Positions 57,839 to 64,000 of a stretch of DNA of 64,000 nucleotides are shown piece after piece (position 1 is the stretch's first letter; each line of letters opens with the position of its first letter). The stretch is from the IMG/VR virus record IMGVR_UViG_3300028805_000061; one strand, 5' to 3'. The position numbers were made by a program, and so were the translations under genes. This DNA comes from a virus (lineage: Duplodnaviria; Caudoviricetes). The notes under the pieces were generated by a model. That model was not told the origin of the DNA. It was given only the letters and a program-made list of their open reading frames with translations, and did not search any database.

Positions 57839-59818
57839 ATGCAATCAGCAAAAGTTATTGAATCTATCGTCGATCTTTCTGGTAGAGTAGGGACAGCCGA
57901 AGGTATATATGCTTATATTGCACTTCCTGGAGCTAAAAAAGGCCCAATGGGTAAACCTTATTTTATCACTAATGTAGATGAACTCTTAGACATTTTTACA
58001 ACAGAACAAACCATTAAACCTTCTGACAATTTAGCATTTTTCGATGCTCTTACTTATTTATCAAGAGCAAACAAACTTTATTGTGTAAGACCAAATAATG
58101 GAGCTGGCTTTGGAGGTTTAGCAGTTCCTAAAGAACAACCTTCTGTAGTATGGACTAAACAAACTGAAGTAACTTTAAATACTCAAGTAAGACCTACTAA
58201 TTTCCCAGCAACAAGAATGGCTGGTACTTATTATGCAGTAGGTGAAACAATGAGACCTTCAGCAACAGCTAAATTCAAATTTGTTTGTACAACCGCTGGT
58301 ACTACTTCTTCAACAGCAGTAGACTTCTCAGGAATTACAGCAGCTGGTCAAACAATTGAAGATGGTTCTTGTGTATGGACTTCTGCAGATATGAACCATC
58401 CTCTAGGATTTGTATATAAATGTACAACTGCTGGAACTACTGGAACAACTGAACCAACATGGCCCACTATAGCTACTGGAGAAGGTTCTACCGTTCAAGA
58501 TGGTACTGCAGTATGGCAAGCTGTTGCAGTAGATACAGCTACACCCGCTACTACTTATGAGTTAGATCCAGATGTAGACCATGTATTTGGTGAAAATGAA
58601 ACAATGTATATATATGGTAAATACCCTGGTAAAGATAATGACAATATAGGAATTAGACTTTATACTTATCAAAATTATCCAGATGTAGTTAATGAACCTG
58701 ATGCATTTTTAATTGAAGTATATTATAGAGGAACCGGACAACCTCTAGAAACATTTATATGTTCTAGATCATTGACTAAAAAAGACGGTTATGGTCAAAA
58801 TATCTATGTAGAAAATGCAGTAGCTTCTTCTAATTATATCAACGTAATAGATAACCCTGCAATAGATGAAATAATAGACCCTGTAGATATTATTGAAACT
58901 ACTTATATGGGTGGAGGTTATGATGGTATTGAAACTATTACAGACGGCATGATGATGGCAGCAGCTGATTTAATTAATAATAGAACTACTTTTCCAGTAA
59001 AATTATTAATAGATGGTAACTGGACTACTCCAAATTATCATAGAAAATTAAATGCTATTGCTGCTTCTAGACAAGACTGTATAGCTTTACTTTCTACTCC
59101 TTATTCAGTAGAAAATTCTAAAGCATTTACTCAGGAAATAGTAAACTATAGAAAAGAAACATTAAATCTTAATTCATACTGGTCAGCAATGTATACTCCT
59201 CATATTCAGATCTATGATCAATACAACGATAGAAATATCTGGATAGGAGCTTCTTCTTCAGCAGCAGCTACAATATCTGAAATAGCTGTAAGCTTTGCGC
59301 CATGGTATCCTCCAGCTGGTCTTAATAGGGGTATACTACCTTCTGTATCAGATGTAAAACATAGATTCAATGAACCTCAAATGGATATGTTAGCTGAAAA
59401 CCAAATCAATCCAGTAGCATTCTTCTCTGGAGAAGGTATTGTTCTTTGGGGTAACATGACTTTATATAGTAGACCTTCTGCTTTACAGTCTTTGAATGTT
59501 ATGTTATTAATTATTACGGTAATGCCTCAAATAGCTAAAGCATTAAAATACTATTTATTTGAATTTAATGATAGTGATACTAGAGGTTTAATTAAGACTA
59601 TAGTAGATGATTATATGACAACTGTTAAAACTAATAAGGGTGTATATGATTTCCAAACTTCAGTACACTCTACAGATGATGATATTGATAATGGAAGATT
59701 ATACGTAGATCTTATAATCAAACCTACATTAGCAATCAATGAAATCAAATTTAGAATTGTTCCGATTAGAACTGGTGGATCATTCACTACTGCTCTTCAA
59801 ATTCTTGGAGCTGAGTAA
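57839..59818 (+). CDS. contractile tail sheath protein (T4 gp18-like)
   Basis: KGPMGKP, RQDCIALL, PWYPPAGLNRG, QINPV, LWGNMTL, LFEFNDSDTR, IKPTLAINEI. Confidence 0.95.
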   Translation: MQSAKVIESIVDLSGRVGTAEGIYAYIALPGAKKGPMGKPYFITNVDELLDIFTTEQTIKPSDNLAFFDALTYLSRANKLYCVRPNNGAGFGGLAVPKEQPSVVWTKQTEVTLNTQVRPTNFPATRMAGTYYAVGETMRPSATAKFKFVCTTAGTTSSTAVDFSGITAAGQTIEDGSCVWTSADMNHPLGFVYKCTTAGTTGTTEPTWPTIATGEGSTVQDGTAVWQAVAVDTATPATTYELDPDVDHVFGENETMYIYGKYPGKDNDNIGIRLYTYQNYPDVVNEPDAFLIEVYYRGTGQPLETFICSRSLTKKDGYGQNIYVENAVASSNYINVIDNPAIDEIIDPVDIIETTYMGGGYDGIETITDGMMMAAADLINNRTTFPVKLLIDGNWTTPNYHRKLNAIAASRQDCIALLSTPYSVENSKAFTQEIVNYRKETLNLNSYWSAMYTPHIQIYDQYNDRNIWIGASSSAAATISEIAVSFAPWYPPAGLNRGILPSVSDVKHRFNEPQMDMLAENQINPVAFFSGEGIVLWGNMTLYSRPSALQSLNVMLLIITVMPQIAKALKYYLFEFNDSDTRGLIKTIVDDYMTTVKTNKGVYDFQTSVHSTDDDIDNGRLYVDLIIKPTLAINEIKFRIVPIRTGGSFTTALQILGAE

Positions 59819-59856
59819 TAACTCCTTTCTATACTTTTTAAATAATAGTACTAATT

Positions 59857-59893
59857 AATCCCTTCTGATTTTTATTAGAAGGGATTTTATTTT
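59857..59893 (+). terminator. intrinsic terminator
   Basis: aatcccttctgat...attagaagggatt plus T tract. Confidence 0.7.
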
Positions 59894-60078
59894 AATAAAG
59901 ATGAGAAAACTATGTTGCACAGATATTATTTTGTGTAAAAACAGTCCAGAACTGTTTATATTTAATTGTAGTATTAATATATGCTTACAGTCTAGGTAAA
60001 ACAATCACAAAGATGATTTCAATACTCCTAGTTTTCATATATTAAAGGTATTAGTAAAAACAAAAGGAGAAAAGATCT

Positions 60079-61545
60079 ATGTTATTTAACTTAGAAGAAA
60101 TGGATCATCCTAGTATTAAGAACTATGCTACAAAATTGTACGAAAGATATCGTCCTTTCTGTGAAGCATACAAAAGTTCACCTTATGCTAGAATGAAAAA
60201 CTTGAAAATGTATGATTTTATTGCACTAGGAGAACAATTATTTCAATTTGAACGTTATTGTAAACGTCACAATATGAAAATGTTCGAAAATATGAATGAA
60301 GGTTCAACTCTTGCTTCAGTTGGTGTTCCCCCAGTAGTAGTTCTTGATTTAATCACAGCTTCTCATGGTTCTAACATCATGCCAATGGTTGCTTCTGTTC
60401 AACCTATTAGAGAAAGAATTGGAGCTATTTACTTCAAGAAATTAATTGCAGCTACTACTCGTGGTAATGTAACAGCTGGTCAACAGTTAGCTTACATTAA
60501 AGATATGCCAGAAGTATTCCCCGTTGGTTATGCTGGAGAAAAAGTTACTGAAACTTTAGCAACTACTGCTGATGGTACTCTTACTTACAATGGAACATTT
60601 GCTAAATCTCCTGTTCGTCAACGTTCTATCAGAATTTCTGTAGAAGGTGATGAAGCTGTAAAAGGTGAAGATAATGGAGAAGGCGATATTCTAGGTATTG
60701 GATGCTATGGTACAGTAAAATATGGTAATGCTTCTGAACCTGGTACTATTGAATTAACTTTCCTTAAACAACCTGAAGCAGGTAAAAAGATTGTTGTTTC
60801 TTATGGTACTGACTTTGAACAAAATGGTCAACTTCCTGAAATTACTACTGAAATTGTTTCTGAACCAATTGAAGCAGAAATCTTTGGTATTAAAACTAAA
60901 GTTGGTCGTTTCCAAGAATTTGAATTGAAAAACAGATTTGGTATGATTGCCGCTGAAGAAATGATTCAAGATCTTACTAATGAAGTTAACAATGAACTTG
61001 CTAACACATTAATTGATAGAGTTTCTAAAGCAGCAGTTGGTACTACAGTTTGGAATTATTACCCCCCATCTTCTACTATTCCAGAAGCTACTCACAGAAT
61101 TTCATTCCTATACAAGATATCTAAAGCAGAAGCTACAATCTTAATGGGAACTGGACGTGGCGTAGTTAATGTAATGTTAGTAGACCCCCAAACAGCATAT
61201 ATACTTGATGATATGCCTGAATTCAATAAATCAGGTTTAGGTGGAGCTGGAGCTACTTTCTATGGTACATTGAAAAATACTATTACAGTAATTCGTTGTC
61301 CTCAACTTCCGGCTTGGACTTCATACTGTATTTATAAAGGAGATGGACCTTTCAATACTCCTATAGTATATGCTCCTTATATGCCATTTATGTTGGTTGA
61401 TCACTTACCTGTATTAGATAATGTTCTTAAACATCAAGCATTCGCTGCTTTATGGTCTGGTTTAAAAACAGTAGTTCAAAAATATATTACTAAATTAGTA
61501 ATTGATACAACTACTAACAAACCCGATGGTGTTCCTGAACTATAA
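60079..61545 (+). CDS. major capsid protein (T4 gp23-like)
   Basis: NMNE propeptide end, VASVQPI...GAIYF, EE....LT.EVN.E, YKG......IVYAPYMP; high-expression codon usage (CGT, TTC). Confidence 0.9.
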   Translation: MLFNLEEMDHPSIKNYATKLYERYRPFCEAYKSSPYARMKNLKMYDFIALGEQLFQFERYCKRHNMKMFENMNEGSTLASVGVPPVVVLDLITASHGSNIMPMVASVQPIRERIGAIYFKKLIAATTRGNVTAGQQLAYIKDMPEVFPVGYAGEKVTETLATTADGTLTYNGTFAKSPVRQRSIRISVEGDEAVKGEDNGEGDILGIGCYGTVKYGNASEPGTIELTFLKQPEAGKKIVVSYGTDFEQNGQLPEITTEIVSEPIEAEIFGIKTKVGRFQEFELKNRFGMIAAEEMIQDLTNEVNNELANTLIDRVSKAAVGTTVWNYYPPSSTIPEATHRISFLYKISKAEATILMGTGRGVVNVMLVDPQTAYILDDMPEFNKSGLGGAGATFYGTLKNTITVIRCPQLPAWTSYCIYKGDGPFNTPIVYAPYMPFMLVDHLPVLDNVLKHQAFAALWSGLKTVVQKYITKLVIDTTTNKPDGVPEL

Positions 61546-61574
61546 TTTAGTATAGTTATAAGATACTAATATTG

Positions 61575-61614
61575 AATAATTCCCTACTAAGCTTATTTAG
61601 TAGGGAATTATTTT
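61575..61614 (+). terminator. intrinsic terminator
   Basis: aataattccctactaa...ttagtagggaattatt plus tt. Confidence 0.8.
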
Positions 61615-61632
61615 GTGTTCATATTTATAAAT

Positions 61633-63000
61633 ATGAATGAAATAGAAATACTAATAGAAAACATTAAAAAGCTATACTTAGAAGAAGATTTAGCTTATAG
61701 AAAGGTTTGTAAAATATTAGGTATATCCAAAGGTCGATTTGAAAGATTAGCTAAAAAATACAATATTAAAAAAGTTAAAGAATATAGAAGTAAATTAAAA
61801 TCTACTATTAGCAAAGAAGAGTTAGAAGATTTATATGTAAATAAAAAATTAGATAGTATACAAATTTCTAAATTACCTATAGCTAAAGGATATAGTAAAG
61901 GTAAAATATTAGAACTAATACACTTATATAATATAAAAAGACCAAAAGATTGGTACACCCCTTCTCAATTAGCTATTCCTAAAGAAACTAGAAATCTTTT
62001 AGAATGTAAAGAAAGATTAGAAAATTTTATAAAAGTTCAAGATAAACCTGTTGCTGTAGGTGCTTTAAGTAAAAAACTTCACATAAGTGCTTCTTATTTA
62101 AGAACATATCTTAATAAATATAGTTTATGGAATTATATAACTCCTAGTGCTTCTAAATATGAAGTTGAAATAAAAGAAACATTTTCTAATTTAGGTATAG
62201 AATTAGCAAAAAATAAAAAGATACTTGGAAGTGGTAAAGAAATAGATTTATACAATGAACAACACAAATTAGGTGTAGAATTCAATGGGAATCATTGGCA
62301 TAGAATAGATAATAAAGGTAGGAATTACCATCAAAATAAAAGTTTATTAGCTATTGAAAAAGGAGTATTTCTTTATCATATATTTGAATATGATTGGAAA
62401 TCTCCCTATAAGAAAACTAAAATAATAAATCAACTAAAAAATCTTTTTGGATTAAATGAGTATAAAGTATTTGCTAGAAAATGCAAAATCAAAGAAGTTG
62501 TTTCTAAAGAAGCTAAAGACTTTTTAGACCAAAATCATTTACAGGGAGCAGATAAAGCCTTAGTTAGATTGGGTTTATACTTTAATAATGAATTAGTAGC
62601 AATAATGACTTTCTGTAAGCCTAGGTTTAATAAAAAGTTTGAATGGGAACTATCGAGATTTTGTTGTAAAGCCAATACTAGTGTAGTAGGTGGAGCTTCT
62701 AAATTATTTCAATATTTTATTAAAAACTATAATCCTGAAAATATAATTTCTTATTCAGATATAGCTCATACAAAAGGGAGTTTATACGAAAAATTAGGGT
62801 TTGAATATAGATCTATATCTCATCCTAATTATGTTTGGGTAAAAGATGAAGAAGTTTTAACTAGGTATCAATGTCAAAAAAGTAAACTTATAAAACAATT
62901 TCCAGAATATAAAGATTTGACTGAAAATGAAATTATGACAAAATTAGGATATATAAAAATAGAAGATGCTGGAAATATTTTATGGGTATTTAGGAGATGA
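61633..63000 (+). mobile_element. Hef-like free-standing homing endonuclease
   Basis: N-terminal HTH repeats; EIDLY...LGVEFNGNHWH, HIFEYDW, ARKC.IKEV...FLDQNHLQG, WELSRFC..VVGGASKL, ISYSD. Confidence 0.75.
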
Positions 63001-63001
63001 G

Positions 63002-63265
63002 ATGAAACCAATAGATTATTATACAACTTGTTCTAACACACAAATACAACAAAGTGAAATAAAGAAATTATTGAATAGAAAAAGAGCAATAGATTATATA
63101 GAAGATGATTTAAATGATTTAGCAATAACAATTGCATATTGTTGTAAAAATTATAAATCTGAAATAAATTGTCAATGTAAAAATTTACCAGAATGCAAAT
63201 TATTCAATGCATTAATATTAAAATATGCTAATTTATTAAAGAAATATAAGGAAGTTGAAGAATGA
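63002..63265 (+). CDS. hypothetical protein
   Basis: ATG 63002 after AGGAG RBS. Confidence 0.55.
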   Translation: MKPIDYYTTCSNTQIQQSEIKKLLNRKRAIDYIEDDLNDLAITIAYCCKNYKSEINCQCKNLPECKLFNALILKYANLLKKYKEVEE

Positions 63266-63674
63266 ATAAAGAAGAAGCTAAACATTGGGAAGATCTATAT
63301 TATAAAGAGAATGCTTTAGTAGGATTATTAAAACAACACATAAAAGCTTTAAAAGAACAAGTAGATTATCTAAATAGTAAAATAACATATATAAAGAAAT
63401 ATGAGGTAAATAATGAAAATAACTAAAATAGAACATTTACAAAACCCATCTGAAAGAGAAATAGAGGTAGCTGTTATGGAAAAAGAAAAATTAGGTTTTG
63501 AAGTAGTTCAAGTAAGTACTGCTGCTTGTAAAGGGGTAGGACTTACTTTTTTTGTTACAATAGTTTTTCAAAAGGAGAAAGAATGAATAATATTGGGTTC
63601 TATATACTTTTATATAGTTTAGGTTATCTTTTAGGTTTAATTTTTTGGGATTGGTTATTTAAAAGGAGGAAATA

Positions 63675-64000
63675 ATGTCTAAACAAGTACAACTTATAAT
63701 GGTTACAGACAAGAATAATAACAAATTCTATAACATGATTGAAGAAGGAGATCATATTAGAATAGAATATGGTAGGGTTGGTGCTGCTGTTAGAACTTGT
63801 ACAAAACCCTTAAGTAAATGGGACTCTATTTATAGAGAAAAAACTGGTAAAGGATATCAAGATATTACAGCTTTAAAACAAGAAGTAAGAATGGTAGGCT
63901 ATAAAGAAGTTCAAAATCCCGGTATAAAATATATTATAGATAAACTTATTAGTAGAGCAAGACAAACAATTGCAAATAACTATAGAGTTTCTTATAATCA
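63675..64000 (+). CDS. WGR-domain protein, probable PARP-like ADP-ribosyltransferase (partial, runs off window)
   Basis: AAGGAGG RBS; LIMVTDKNNNKFYNM...IEYGRVG...W...Y.EK..KGY.D. Confidence 0.7.
   Translation, partial: MSKQVQLIMVTDKNNNKFYNMIEEGDHIRIEYGRVGAAVRTCTKPLSKWDSIYREKTGKGYQDITALKQEVRMVGYKEVQNPGIKYIIDKLISRARQTIANNYRVSYN

Noticed and set aside
4229-61958. Other short minus-strand ORFs in the track (4229, 4493, 5793, 7578, 11610, 12742, 13962, 17742, 19367, 20817, 25389, 28216, 29188, 30590, 40536, 45375, 49572, 51712, 53153, 53653, 54181, 54511, 60754, 61695)
   Set aside because: Nearly all are antisense to or nested in better-supported genes, with F/L/I/S-rich composition typical of reverse-complemented AT-rich coding DNA.
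49737-63000. Homing endonucleases as intron-encoded or splitting a gene
   Set aside because: Flanking genes look complete, stop/start overlaps leave no room for intron RNA at 49737-50648, and a terminator separates the capsid gene from 61633.
1-64000. Stop-codon reassignment (TAG or TGA recoding) as in some large gut phages
   Set aside because: Ligase, portal, protease, sheath and capsid are full length in the standard code, and TAG ends genes at sensible boundaries (for example 21023, 40723, 51544).
1-64000. CRISPR array, tRNA, rRNA, integrase, transposase or reverse transcriptase
   Set aside because: No regularly spaced repeats, cloverleaf signatures or catalytic motifs seen by eye. A tRNA scan was not run.

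Overview
64-kb segment of a very AT-rich lytic tailed phage of T4-like/jumbo myovirus type. Almost all genes are on the + strand and use the standard genetic code. About 1-31 kb is a dense run of small accessory genes: a Tad1-family anti-defence protein, dimeric dUTPase-like protein, 3D-domain protein, NrdG, and DUF2786, DUF488, DUF1353 and DUF1653 proteins. About 32-62 kb holds an NAD-dependent DNA ligase and morphogenesis genes in an unusual scattered order: portal, protease-scaffold fusion, gp13-like neck, tail tube, M15 peptidase, tail sheath, major capsid protein, and two free-standing homing endonucleases. The window ends in the start of a WGR-domain (PARP-like) gene. Two signals stand out. 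(1) The only convincing minus-strand units (26.4-27.2 kb and 54.3-55.8 kb) are 28 kb apart but share a frame: a near-identical upstream element with a variable poly-A tract, an identical 12-residue N-terminal tag (MGIKTKLEPLGG), and a conserved downstream 29-mer plus hairpin. They carry unrelated ligand-binding payloads: a 4-blade RCC1-like repeat protein, and a C-type-lectin-fold protein with a DGR-like GC-rich 3' end. The second cassette still holds an RCC1 remnant. (2) A family of cationic Gly/Ala/Lys-rich polyproteins is punctuated by a repeated KNES(L)...EE linker, suggesting prohead-protease-processed, capsid-packaged glycine-zipper peptides. All functional calls come from motif recognition by eye; no database search was run.
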